Source of the DNA: Gaiellaceae bacterium
GTDB lineage: Bacteria; Actinomycetota; Thermoleophilia; Gaiellales; Gaiellaceae
Assembly (NCBI GenBank): GCA_039931575.1
Contig: JBDTRS010000001.1
Span: 1-45,468 of the forward strand
Direction: 5' to 3'
Length of the DNA: 45,468 nt
The position numbers and the translations under genes are program-made. The notes below the pieces were generated by a model that was given only the letters and a program-made list of their open reading frames with translations, searched no databases and was not told where the DNA came from. Below are positions 16,479-25,678 of this stretch, piece by piece (position 1 is the first letter of the stretch; every line of letters begins with the position of its first letter).

Positions 16479-18182
16479 TTACTTCCCGATCGTTACCGGC
16501 GCGAAGGATTCGAGCGAGACCGGGCTCGGTTGGTAGCCCTGGACGTCCGCCGCGAAGGCGAGCGCGGGCTTCGTGTGGACGTACGGGACGCCCGGGAGCC
16601 AATCCATGATCGCGCGGTTGGCATCCTGGTAGAGCCCTTCCCGTGCAGCCAGGTCGGTCTCGGACTCGGCCTGGTCGAGGAGGTCGGTGACCTCATTGTT
16701 GGGATGCGTGGTCGTCCCCCAGGCCTTCTGCGGGCTCTGGAAGAACGTGCCGATGAAGTTGTCCGGGTCACCGAAGTCGCCCGTCCAGCCGAGCAGGTAG
16801 AGCTGAGTATTGCCCTCGTCCACCTGCCCGAGATAGTCGGGGCTCCACGGCGCGGTCTTGGCCGTCACTTTGAAGCCGGACTGCTCGAGGCTCGCCTTGA
16901 AGGCCTCGAAGTTCCGCTTCGGGTCGGGCATGTACGGACGCGAGACGTCAGACGGGTACCAGAACGTGATCTTCACCGGCAGCGTCAGCCCCGCGTCTTG
17001 TAGGAGCTGCTTGGACTTCTCCGGATCGAACGTGTACTCGGTGACGTCGTCCGCGTAGCCGACGACTTCCGGTGGCATGAACTCATTTGCCACCTCGCCG
17101 CGGCCCGCATAGAAGCTGTCGACGACTTCCTGGCGGTTCAACCCCGCCGCGACAGCCTGGCGTACCTCGATCTTGTCCATCGGCGGGATCGCCTGGTTGA
17201 TCCCGACGTAGGCGACGTTGAACGCCGGCCGGTCGAGGACCTGCAGCGCGGCGTCCCCGGCAATGGTCGGAATGTCCTGCGGCTCGACGAGGTCGTATCC
17301 CTGGATCTCCCCGGACTGGAGCGCCTGGAGACGCGCCGCGTTGTCGGGGATCGGCCGGAAGATGACCGAGTCGAGCTTGGCCTTGTCGCCCCAGTAGTCG
17401 TCGTTCCGGACGAGTGTGAGCTTGTCGTTCCTCGTCCACGAGTCGAACATGAAGGGGCCGGTCCCGATCGGGTGCTCGCTGCCGAACGTCCCGGTCGGAT
17501 GGAAGATGCCGTCCGCGTCGACGGTGCCTTCGTCGGCGCCGAATTCCTGCAGCGCCTTGGGGCTGGCGATCGCGAACGAGGAGAGCGAGAGCGCTCCGAG
17601 GACGGACGTCGACGGCTTGGTCAGATTGAGCACCACCGTCGACTCGTCGGTCGCCTCGCAGCTCGCGTAGAGGCTGTCCTCCGGCGCGCCGCTCTCGGGA
17701 TCGGTCTTCGCGAAGCCGCCGAACACCGTCTGCCAGTAGTACGACGCACTCGGGTTCTGGAACGAGCCCGTGAAGTTGTACCAACGGTCGAAGTTGAAGC
17801 AGACCGCCTCGGCGTTGAAGGGCTCGCCGTCGTGGAATGTCACGCCCTGGCGAAGCTTGAACGTGTACGCGAGGCCGTCATCCGAGATCTCCCAGCTCTC
17901 TGCGAGCGCGGGCTCGAGCTCGGTCGTCCCGGGCTTGAGCGAAATGAGGCCTTCGTAGATCTGGTCGATGACACGCAGCGACTCGCCATCGGAGACGAGC
18001 GAACCGTCGAGGACGACCGGGTCAGAGGCCGTACCGAAAACGAGAGTGCCGCCCTCGCCCCCACCTCCTGTGCCGGTTCCCGCTGATGTTCCTGTTCCTT
18101 CGTCGCCACCACCGCAGCCCGCCGCCGCGAGTGCGAGTAGAGCGACAAGCAGGAGCACAAACTTGAGCGACTTTCCCCTCAC
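16479..18182 (-). CDS. Family-5 extracellular solute-binding lipoprotein (DppA/OppA-type)
   Basis: GTG at 18182-18180 is preceded by AGGAGA. Signal/lipobox: VRGKSLKFVLLLVALLALAAAGC. SBP_bac_5-like body. The track ORF's extra 25 N-terminal aa were rejected. Confidence 0.85.
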   Translation of the reverse strand: MRGKSLKFVLLLVALLALAAAGCGGGDEGTGTSAGTGTGGGGEGGTLVFGTASDPVVLDGSLVSDGESLRVIDQIYEGLISLKPGTTELEPALAESWEISDDGLAYTFKLRQGVTFHDGEPFNAEAVCFNFDRWYNFTGSFQNPSASYYWQTVFGGFAKTDPESGAPEDSLYASCEATDESTVVLNLTKPSTSVLGALSLSSFAIASPKALQEFGADEGTVDADGIFHPTGTFGSEHPIGTGPFMFDSWTRNDKLTLVRNDDYWGDKAKLDSVIFRPIPDNAARLQALQSGEIQGYDLVEPQDIPTIAGDAALQVLDRPAFNVAYVGINQAIPPMDKIEVRQAVAAGLNRQEVVDSFYAGRGEVANEFMPPEVVGYADDVTEYTFDPEKSKQLLQDAGLTLPVKITFWYPSDVSRPYMPDPKRNFEAFKASLEQSGFKVTAKTAPWSPDYLGQVDEGNTQLYLLGWTGDFGDPDNFIGTFFQSPQKAWGTTTHPNNEVTDLLDQAESETDLAAREGLYQDANRAIMDWLPGVPYVHTKPALAFAADVQGYQPSPVSLESFAPVTIGK

Positions 18183-18294
18183 CCTTTTCTCCTTTCGATA
18201 CGACCGCCCCCAAGGCGGACGGCACGTGAGTATCCAGGAGGTTGGACGTATCGGCAAGCCTTGGGGTTAGGCCCGGAGTAGGATCGAAGCCGCC

Positions 18295-19110
18295 GTGTGG
18301 ACGACACCGCTCCTGTATGAGCGCCTGAGCTGGCCCGAGGTGAGGCGGGCGGCGGAGGAGGAGCGCGTCTGCCTGATCCCGGTGGCGACGCTCGAGGATC
18401 ACGGCCCGCACCTTCCGATCGACACCGATTTGCGAATCACATGGGAGATCTGCCGGCGCGCCGCCGAGGCCGCTCCGGACGAGACCGTGCTCCTGCCGGC
18501 GATCCCGCATGGATACTCGCCCCACCACATGGACTTTCCCGGCCCGATCACGATCGGGTGGGACACGTTCACGCGCTATCTCGTCGATGTGGGCAACTCG
18601 CTCGCCCACCACGGCTTCCGGCGCCTGCTCTTCCTGAACGGCCACGGGTCGAACCAGAACCTCGTCGAGATGGCCGCGCGCCTTGTTGCGCTCGAGCACG
18701 ACAACGTGCTCGCCGGGGCGGCATTCCACACGTCGGGCGAGGACTCCGCGCGCCTGATCGCGGAGATTCGCGAATCAGGGCCTGGCGGAATGGCGCACGC
18801 CTGCGAGCTGGAGACGTCGATGTATCTCGCCATCGACCCCGACGCCGTCGAGATGGGCAAGGCGGTGGACGAGCACGGCTTTTCGCAGGGAAAGCACGCA
18901 CACATGGACTGGTCGGACGGGCCGCTCAAGATCATGCCCTGGTGGTCGACCTTCTCGCGCACCGGGATTCAGGGCGACGCGAGCAAGGGCACCGCCGAGA
19001 AGGGGCGCGCCCTTCTCGACGCCGCGGTCTCAGAATGCGTCGAGTTCGTGCGCGAGCTCCTCGAAAAGCCCTTGCCCGAGCGGCGTGCTCCGCAGGAGAC
19101 GCTGTCGTGA
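18295..19110 (+). CDS. Creatininase-family amidohydrolase
   Basis: LIPVATLEDHGPHLPIDTD, FLNGHGSN and HACELETS are characteristic of the creatinine amidohydrolase family. Confidence 0.8.
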   Translation: MWTTPLLYERLSWPEVRRAAEEERVCLIPVATLEDHGPHLPIDTDLRITWEICRRAAEAAPDETVLLPAIPHGYSPHHMDFPGPITIGWDTFTRYLVDVGNSLAHHGFRRLLFLNGHGSNQNLVEMAARLVALEHDNVLAGAAFHTSGEDSARLIAEIRESGPGGMAHACELETSMYLAIDPDAVEMGKAVDEHGFSQGKHAHMDWSDGPLKIMPWWSTFSRTGIQGDASKGTAEKGRALLDAAVSECVEFVRELLEKPLPERRAPQETLS

Positions 19111-20117
19111 CCATCCCGCTCATCCGCGTCTCCGGAACCCACCGGGCGGCCGGCGCAGCGATCGGCAAGGGCGCGCGCGAGACGATCTGCCGGAGCGCGG
19201 AGGCGTCGGACTTCGACCACGAGCTCGTGCTGCGCTACCGCGCGGCGAGCGTGAAGCACCTCCCGTGGGTCGTCGAGGAACTCGACGCCGCGGCGCAGGC
19301 CGCCGGGGTCGATCCACTCGCGCTCTTCTCCGACGCCGTATACGAGCTCAGCACCTTCTCCGAGACGGGCGTGCCGGCCCATTGCACCGACGTGGCTGCG
19401 ATGCCCACTCTCAGCGCCAACGGGCACCTCCTGGTCGCGCACAACAACGACCTCACGTTCGGGGAGGAGAACGACGTGGTCGCGATCGAGTGGAAGGTGG
19501 ACGGGGAGCCCACGATCTTCACGCTCGGCATCGGCCCCTGGATCAGCGTCGGCTGGAACGAAGCCGGTCTCTCGATCACGGGGAACGAGGTGGCTCCGAG
19601 GGACGAGGGGGTCGGGATCCCGCGGCTCCTCCAGGTGCGCGACGTCCTGACGCGGACGACTCTCCCAGAAGCAACGCGGGCGATTCTTCACCCCGCGCGC
19701 GCGTCGTCCTACAACTGGGTCGTCGCCCAGGGCGAGGTCGTCGTCTCGATCGAAGGCTCCGCGACGACCGCGGAGGCAATCGCGCCCTCCGAGGACGGAA
19801 CCCTCGCGCATACGAACCACTACGTGCACCCGGACATGCTCGACTACGAGGCCAGCGCCTCCAACGAAGGCTCCGCGGCGCGCCTCCAGCGAGCGCGGGC
19901 GCTCCTCACCGAGTCCGCCGCGGGCACGGTGACCCGCTCGCGCCTGCGAGAGATCCTCTCCGACCACGAAGGCCCCGAGGCCCTCTGCCGGCATGGAAGG
20001 GCCGCTGGGGACGCCCAGACCGCCTTCTGGTGCATCGCCGACGTGACGGCGCGCACCGTCATGTACGGCCGCGGCAACCCCTGCGACTCCGAGACCGAGC
20101 TCTACGCGTTCACGTAG
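19107..20117 (+). CDS. C45-family peptidase / acyl-CoA:6-APA acyltransferase-like N-terminal nucleophile hydrolase
   Basis: GTGA overlap with the creatininase stop. HCTDVAA (candidate Cys nucleophile), HNND, TLGIGPWISVGWNEAGLSITGN. The upstream 222 aa of the track ORF overlap the creatininase gene out of frame and were rejected. Confidence 0.7.
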   Translation: MTIPLIRVSGTHRAAGAAIGKGARETICRSAEASDFDHELVLRYRAASVKHLPWVVEELDAAAQAAGVDPLALFSDAVYELSTFSETGVPAHCTDVAAMPTLSANGHLLVAHNNDLTFGEENDVVAIEWKVDGEPTIFTLGIGPWISVGWNEAGLSITGNEVAPRDEGVGIPRLLQVRDVLTRTTLPEATRAILHPARASSYNWVVAQGEVVVSIEGSATTAEAIAPSEDGTLAHTNHYVHPDMLDYEASASNEGSAARLQRARALLTESAAGTVTRSRLREILSDHEGPEALCRHGRAAGDAQTAFWCIADVTARTVMYGRGNPCDSETELYAFT

Positions 20118-20261
20118 GCCCTCCCTCGCACGAGGGATGTCGGTGCCCGTCACCCGTGTGGAATACTGGTCCCGCCTGGCGTAATACGGGACATAACCTG
20201 GGTTTTTGCGGCTCCCGGGGTCGAAAGGGGGCCACCTACGCGGAGTCGACGCCGAGCCGAG

Positions 20262-22067
20262 ATGGGCCGGGAGACGGTCCGTCTGCTCCCGCTCGTCCTT
20301 CCGGTCGTCGTGGCGGAAGCGATCGCGGTCACGATCGCGGCGGCCGCGTTCGCCGCGTCGGCGCCTTCCCCCTCGACGCTCGCCGGCGTGTGGGCGCTCC
20401 TCATCGTGACCGCGGTCGCGGAGGCCTTCCCGGTCCCGCTCGAGAACGTCCCCGTCGGCGGTACCTCGCTGGCGACGATCTTCATCGTCGGGACGTCGAT
20501 CATCTACGGCTGGGAGGCCGCGACAATCGTGGCTTTCGTCGCCCAGGTCGCGGTCGAGATCGGGCGCGGACGGGATCTTTCCCGTGTCGCCTACAACGGC
20601 GGCGTCTACGCGCTCGCCGCCCTGGCAACGGCGTCGGCAGCCTTTCTCGGCAACGCCGAGGGTTTCGCCTGGCTCGCGCTCCAGACGCTCGTCGCAGCCG
20701 CCGCGTTCTACACCGTCGATCTCCTACTCGTTGCCCTGATCGTCTCGCGTTCTGGGCGGGAGCCCTTCGCAAAGCTGCTCGCTCAGGCGGTCTCCGCCAC
20801 GTTCATCCCCTTCTCGATCATGGCGTCGCTCAGCCTCATGCTCGCCGTGCTCTGGGACCGCTCGCCGTTCCTCTGCGCCGCCCTCATCGGGCCCGTCGTC
20901 GCGATCGCCCTCTACCAACGCTCGGTGCACCGAGAGCTGAAAGCGATGCGCCTGGCCCTCACAGACCCTCTGACGGGCCTGGGAAACCACCGTCATTTCT
21001 ACGGGGAGCTCGAGCGCCAAGCGCTCGCCGCGAGCGCCGACCATCCCCTCTCCCTCTGTCTGCTCGACATCGACAACTTCAAGGAGATCAACGACCGCTA
21101 CGGCCATCCGGTCGGCGACCAGGCGCTCGTCCACGTTGCCGACCGCCTGCGCCAGGACGGTGAGGCTTTCAGGATCGGCGGCGACGAGTTCGCCCTCCTC
21201 CTGCCGGGCAGCTCGGCGGCTGAGGCGGTCCGGGTTGCCGAGGGCGTGATCAAGCGCGTCGGCCGAGCGCGCATCGAGCTTTCGGCCGGAGTCGTCACGC
21301 ACCCTCACCACGGCGTCGAGCGCGCCGAGCTCGTGCGCGTGGCCGACTCGGCCCTCTACCTGGCCAAGGAGCACGGCAAAAACCGCGTGCGCGTGTACAG
21401 GCCCGACCTGCTCGAGCTGGCCGAGCTGCGCCGCCTCGCCGAGGGACCCGACCGGGCGGCGCGCCTGCGCGCGGCCGCCTCGCTTGCCCACGCCGTCGAT
21501 GCCCGCGATGCCTACACGGGCTCGCACTCCTACATGGTCGGGGAGCTGGCGGCACGGGTGGCAACGAGAATGGGGCTCGATTCCGAGCAGGTCGAGCTCG
21601 CACGCCTGGCCGGCTCCCTGCACGACCTCGGCAAGCTCGCGATTCCGGAGGAGATCCTGCGCAAGCCCGGGCCCCTGAACGAGGCCGAGCGGCTCGTGCT
21701 CGAGCGCCATCCCCAGATCGGCTTTCGCATGCTCGACTCGCTCGGGGTCGAGCCGGTCGCCACCTGGGTCCTGCACCACCACGAGCGCTGGGACGGGGCC
21801 GGCTATCCCGACCGCCTCGGGGGCGAGCTGATCCCGCTCGGCTCCAGGATCCTCTTCGTCGCCGATGCCTACGACGCGATGACGACCGACCGCGTCTATC
21901 GCTCCAAGCTCTCGCACGAGCGGGCCATCTCCGAGCTCGAGCGCTGCGCCGGAACGCAATTCGACCCGGAGGTGGTCGCGGTCCTTCTGGACGAGCTGGC
22001 TGAAAGCCGCGGCGCTACGGCAGCGGCAGCCGGTTCCACTTCCAGCCGGCGGCGACGGCGGCTGTAA
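20262..22067 (+). CDS. Membrane sensor with GGDEF diguanylate-cyclase domain and HD-GYP domain
   Basis: DPLTGLGNHRHF...FRIGGDEFALLL (GGDEF), then HDLGKLAIP and HHERWDGAGYPD (HD-GYP). N-terminal about 220 aa are hydrophobic. Confidence 0.9.
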   Translation: MGRETVRLLPLVLPVVVAEAIAVTIAAAAFAASAPSPSTLAGVWALLIVTAVAEAFPVPLENVPVGGTSLATIFIVGTSIIYGWEAATIVAFVAQVAVEIGRGRDLSRVAYNGGVYALAALATASAAFLGNAEGFAWLALQTLVAAAAFYTVDLLLVALIVSRSGREPFAKLLAQAVSATFIPFSIMASLSLMLAVLWDRSPFLCAALIGPVVAIALYQRSVHRELKAMRLALTDPLTGLGNHRHFYGELERQALAASADHPLSLCLLDIDNFKEINDRYGHPVGDQALVHVADRLRQDGEAFRIGGDEFALLLPGSSAAEAVRVAEGVIKRVGRARIELSAGVVTHPHHGVERAELVRVADSALYLAKEHGKNRVRVYRPDLLELAELRRLAEGPDRAARLRAAASLAHAVDARDAYTGSHSYMVGELAARVATRMGLDSEQVELARLAGSLHDLGKLAIPEEILRKPGPLNEAERLVLERHPQIGFRMLDSLGVEPVATWVLHHHERWDGAGYPDRLGGELIPLGSRILFVADAYDAMTTDRVYRSKLSHERAISELERCAGTQFDPEVVAVLLDELAESRGATAAAAGSTSSRRRRRL

Positions 22068-22216
22068 GCAGCAAGACGGCGACGATGCTCAAGCGGATCG
22101 CGGCAACGCGAAGCTGAGTAAACATCTGCATCCCTTTCGGAAGGTAACTGCGGCCCAGGACGGAAATCGACCGCCCCGGGCCGGTTACTCAGCCCGAAAA
22201 GGGGTGATTGCGCGGG

Positions 22217-23266
22217 TTACGCTGCGACGGAAGAGAGGTCGCGCAGCGCTGCGAGGCGCTGAAGTGCCTGGCCCTCGAGCTGGCGCACCCGCTCGCGGGT
22301 GAGGCCGAGCTCGTGGCCGATTGCCTCGAGCGTCCACGGATCGCCCTCGAAGCCGAACCGCAGCTCCAGGATCCGACGCTCCCGCTCGGGCAGGGCGTCG
22401 AGTGCCTTCCGGACCCCCTGCTTGCGCAGGGACTCCTCGGCCTCGTCGAACGGATCCGCGGCCTCACGGTCGGCGAAGAGGTCGCCGAGCTCGCCTTCGT
22501 CGTCCGCGCCAACGCTCTGGTTCAGCGACACCGACGCCTGGGCGGCGCCGAGCGCTTCGTCGACGTGCTGGACCGGCAGTCCCGTTGCCTCCGCGAGCTC
22601 TTCCTTCGTCGCTTCGCGCCCGAGCTCGACCTCGAGCCGGCGGGCGGCACGGCCGAGCTTCTGCTGGCGCTCGACGACGTGGACGGGCACGCGAATCGTC
22701 CGCGCGTGGTTGGCAACGGCGCGCTGCACGGACTGGCGGATCCACCAGGTGGCGTAGGTCGAGAACTTGAAGCCACGGCGCCAGTCGAACTTCTCGACCG
22801 CGCGGTTCAGGCCGAGCGTGCCCTCCTGAATGAGGTCCAGGAAGGGGACGCCGAGGCCCCGGTAGCCCTTGGCGATGGAGACGACGAGGCGCAGGTTGGA
22901 CTCGATCATCTTCCGCTTGGCGATCAGGTCGCCCTTTTCGATCTGCTTTGCGAGCGTGACCTCCTCGGAGGCGGTCAGCAGCTTGTGCTTGCCGACGTCG
23001 GCGAGGAAAAGCTGCAGGCTGTCGCCCGCCCCGTGATGGACGGCCTCGGGGGGCGCGGCAGCGGCAGGCGTCTCTTCCGGCTCTTCTACCGGAGCGCCGA
23101 TCTCGAGGCCGAGCACCTCGAGCTCGTGCGTGAAGTCCGCCATTTCCTCGTCTCCGAGGTCGAGCTCGAGAGCGAGCGCCTCGAGCTCAGCGGGCTCCAC
23201 GTAGCCGCGCTCCTCCGCGTTCTCCACGAGGGAGCGGCCCTGCAAAGTGTCAAGAAGTTCGTGCAT
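22217..23266 (-). CDS. Sigma-70 family RNA polymerase sigma factor (group 1/2, RpoD-like)
   Basis: Regions 2-4: [55 protein letters not shown] and [20 protein letters not shown]. Start is ambiguous (ATG 23266, GTG 23287 or ATG 23341). Confidence 0.9.
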   Translation of the reverse strand: MHELLDTLQGRSLVENAEERGYVEPAELEALALELDLGDEEMADFTHELEVLGLEIGAPVEEPEETPAAAAPPEAVHHGAGDSLQLFLADVGKHKLLTASEEVTLAKQIEKGDLIAKRKMIESNLRLVVSIAKGYRGLGVPFLDLIQEGTLGLNRAVEKFDWRRGFKFSTYATWWIRQSVQRAVANHARTIRVPVHVVERQQKLGRAARRLEVELGREATKEELAEATGLPVQHVDEALGAAQASVSLNQSVGADDEGELGDLFADREAADPFDEAEESLRKQGVRKALDALPERERRILELRFGFEGDPWTLEAIGHELGLTRERVRQLEGQALQRLAALRDLSSVAA

Positions 23267-23421
23267 GGAGTTCTGACTCTGACTCACGTAGGTCCTATGA
23301 TCCTTTCGCTGAAACAGTCTGTACGGATGGTTCCTGTCCAATTCAACGTTCGCACTGTAGGACGAATTCCCTGGTCGAACCAGGACTTTCGCCGCCGCTT
23401 AACTGACCCCTAACGTCTCGG

Positions 23422-25632
23422 TTACGCGCTGGTTACCGCTTCCGAAGTCTCGTCGGTTACAGCTTCCGACGTCTCCTCGGCAGATTGGTTGGCGGGCTCG
23501 CGCGCCCAGTCCTCGTTGAACTCGACGCGCCACTTTCCGTCCTCGCCCTGCTCGAGTTTCAGCTTGGCGCTGAAGGCCCGCCCGGAGCGGCCCTTGAAGC
23601 CCGCGACCGGCTTCTCGGTCTTATATGTCGCCATCAGCTCCTTGACCACCGACGGCGGCAGGATCTTGTTCGCCTTCTTCTTCCAGATGACGAAGCCGCA
23701 GCCGGGATCGTCCTTCGACCAGCAGGAATAGCCCTTGCGGTTTTCGATCACATCGCGCCCACAGACCGGGCACGGCCCGAGGTTCGCGCGCTCGATCTTG
23801 ACTCCCTTGAGCTTGTCCAGCTCGGCGACCGTGTCGGTCGTGAACTTGACGATGTCGTCCATGAAGGCCGGGCGGCTGTCCTCGCCCTGCTCGATGAGGC
23901 CGAGGCGACGTTCCCAGTTGCCGGTCAGCTCCGGCGATGTGAGTGGATGCTCGCCCAAAAGCGAGATCACTTGCACGCCCTTGTCGGTCGCGTGCAGAGC
24001 GCGGCCCTCGCGCTCGATGTAGCCGACCTGGATGAGCCGCTCGATGATCGTCGCGCGCGTCGCCGGCGTCCCGATGCCGGAGCCCTTCATCGCCTCGCGG
24101 AGCTCCGCGTCCTGGATGTCCTTCCCGGCGGTCTCCATCGCCCCGAGGAGCGAGGCTTCGCTGAAGCGCCTCGGAGGCTGGGTCTCCTTGCGGAGGGAGT
24201 CGACCTTGCGCGTCTCGACTTCCTCGCCGTCGTTCAGGACGGGCAGGAGTTGATCGCCGCCGGAGTCGTCGTCCTTTTGCGCGCCGTTCGCTTCCTCCCC
24301 GTAGACGCTCTTCCACCCGGCGACGAGGAGCACTCGGCCGCTCGTCCTGAAGACGTGCTCGGCGACGGTCGTCTCGACACGAGTGCGCTCGAAGACCGCC
24401 TCGGGGTGGAAGGCGGCGAGAAACCGCTTGGCGACGAGGTCGTAGATCCGCGCCTCGTCGGGGCCCATCTTCGAGAGGTTGTGCTCCCCCTTCGTCGGGA
24501 TGATCGCGTGGTGGTCCTCGACGCGCGCGTCGTTGACGACGCGGCCGAGCGGAAGCTTGTCCAACCGGGTGACGTATGCGGCCGCCTGCTCGTACTTCGG
24601 GTTGCGCCCGACCATGTTCGCGGTCGGCTGGATCTCCGGGATCATCTCGCTCGTCAGGAAGCGGGAGCTCGTGCGCGGGTACGTGATCGCCTTGTGCTCC
24701 TCGTAGAGGCGCTGGGCTGCGGCGAGCGTGCGTCGCGCCGAGAAGCCGAAGAGAACGTTGGCGTTTCGCTGCAGCGTGGTGAGGTCGTAGAGAAGCTCGG
24801 GCCTCTCGCGCTCCTCCTTCTTCTCGAGCTTCGTGATGAGGCCGGGCTGCCCGGCCGCCTCGGCGACGATCGTCTTGGCTTCGTCCTCGGGAATGCGCTT
24901 GCCGCCGAGGTAGCGGCCGTTGTACAGGCGCTCGCCGGTAGCAGCGAAGCTCGCCTCGACGAGCCAGTACGGCTCGGCAACGAAAGCCCTGATCTCGAGC
25001 TCCCGCTTGACGACGAGCGCGAGAGTCGGAGTCTGCACCCGGCCGAGGGAGACAGCGCCGTCGAAGGCAAAGCGGAGTCGGATCGAGGCGGCGCGCGTCG
25101 CGTTCATGCCGACGAGCCAGTCCGCTTCCGAACGGGAGCGCGCAGCCTCCTCGAGCAGGCGCATCTCTCCGCCCTCGCGCAGGTGCTCGAAGGCCTCCTG
25201 GATCGCCTTCTTCGTCATCGAGTTGAGCCAGAGGCGCTTGACCGGCTTCGTGACGCCGGACGTCTCGTAGAGGTAGGCGAAGATGAGCTCGCCCTCCCGG
25301 CCAGCGTCGCAGGCGTTGACGATCAGGTCGGTCTCGTCGTCCTTCATGAGCTTGTGGACGACGTTCAGCTGCTTCTTGGCCCTGTCGTCGTTCGGGACGA
25401 GCTTGAACTTGGGCGGCAGGATCGGGAGATCGTTGAAGCGCCACTTCTTCAGCTTCTCGTCGTAGGCGTCGGGATCGGCGAGGCCGACGAGATGGCCGAT
25501 CGCCCAGGAAACGACGTACCCGTCTCCGACGATGTGGCTTTTGTCCTTTGCCTCCTTGAAGGCACCCGGAAGCGCGGCCGCGATGTCGCGGCCGACGGAC
25601 GGCTTCTCGGCGATAACGAGTGTCTTTCCCAT
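23422..25632 (-). CDS. topB: DNA topoisomerase III
   Basis: MGKTLVIAEKPSVGRDIAAAL...VVSWAIGHLVGLADPDAYDEKLKKWRFNDLPILP (Toprim/TopB-type N-terminus). C-terminal zinc ribbon CPVCGR...YSCW...CGF. Start is the internal ATG at 25632. Confidence 0.9.
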   Translation of the reverse strand: MGKTLVIAEKPSVGRDIAAALPGAFKEAKDKSHIVGDGYVVSWAIGHLVGLADPDAYDEKLKKWRFNDLPILPPKFKLVPNDDRAKKQLNVVHKLMKDDETDLIVNACDAGREGELIFAYLYETSGVTKPVKRLWLNSMTKKAIQEAFEHLREGGEMRLLEEAARSRSEADWLVGMNATRAASIRLRFAFDGAVSLGRVQTPTLALVVKRELEIRAFVAEPYWLVEASFAATGERLYNGRYLGGKRIPEDEAKTIVAEAAGQPGLITKLEKKEERERPELLYDLTTLQRNANVLFGFSARRTLAAAQRLYEEHKAITYPRTSSRFLTSEMIPEIQPTANMVGRNPKYEQAAAYVTRLDKLPLGRVVNDARVEDHHAIIPTKGEHNLSKMGPDEARIYDLVAKRFLAAFHPEAVFERTRVETTVAEHVFRTSGRVLLVAGWKSVYGEEANGAQKDDDSGGDQLLPVLNDGEEVETRKVDSLRKETQPPRRFSEASLLGAMETAGKDIQDAELREAMKGSGIGTPATRATIIERLIQVGYIEREGRALHATDKGVQVISLLGEHPLTSPELTGNWERRLGLIEQGEDSRPAFMDDIVKFTTDTVAELDKLKGVKIERANLGPCPVCGRDVIENRKGYSCWSKDDPGCGFVIWKKKANKILPPSVVKELMATYKTEKPVAGFKGRSGRAFSAKLKLEQGEDGKWRVEFNEDWAREPANQSAEETSEAVTDETSEAVTSA

Positions 25633-25678
25633 CAGATTCAAGATAGCGAAGGTCGCAAACACGCCATTATTCGGCTCG

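Noticed and set aside
18441-19106. N-terminal 222 aa of the 558-aa track ORF containing the C45 domain
   Set aside because: This part overlaps the creatininase gene in another frame and is Arg/Pro-rich. The conserved C45 body begins at GTG 19107, which forms a GTGA overlap with the creatininase stop.
20118-20261. Possible c-di-GMP riboswitch or other leader RNA upstream of the GGDEF/HD-GYP gene
   Set aside because: It has only short hairpins (GTCCCG...CGGGAC) and a TTTTT run. I could not recognise the GEMM-I/II conserved cores by eye. An Rfam cmsearch would be needed, so no claim is made.
19085-21163. 692-aa Arg/Pro/Gly-rich ORF spanning the C45 gene, the intergenic region and the GGDEF gene
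   Set aside because: It is an out-of-frame read-through of two well-supported genes, with composition typical of off-frame translation of GC-rich DNA.
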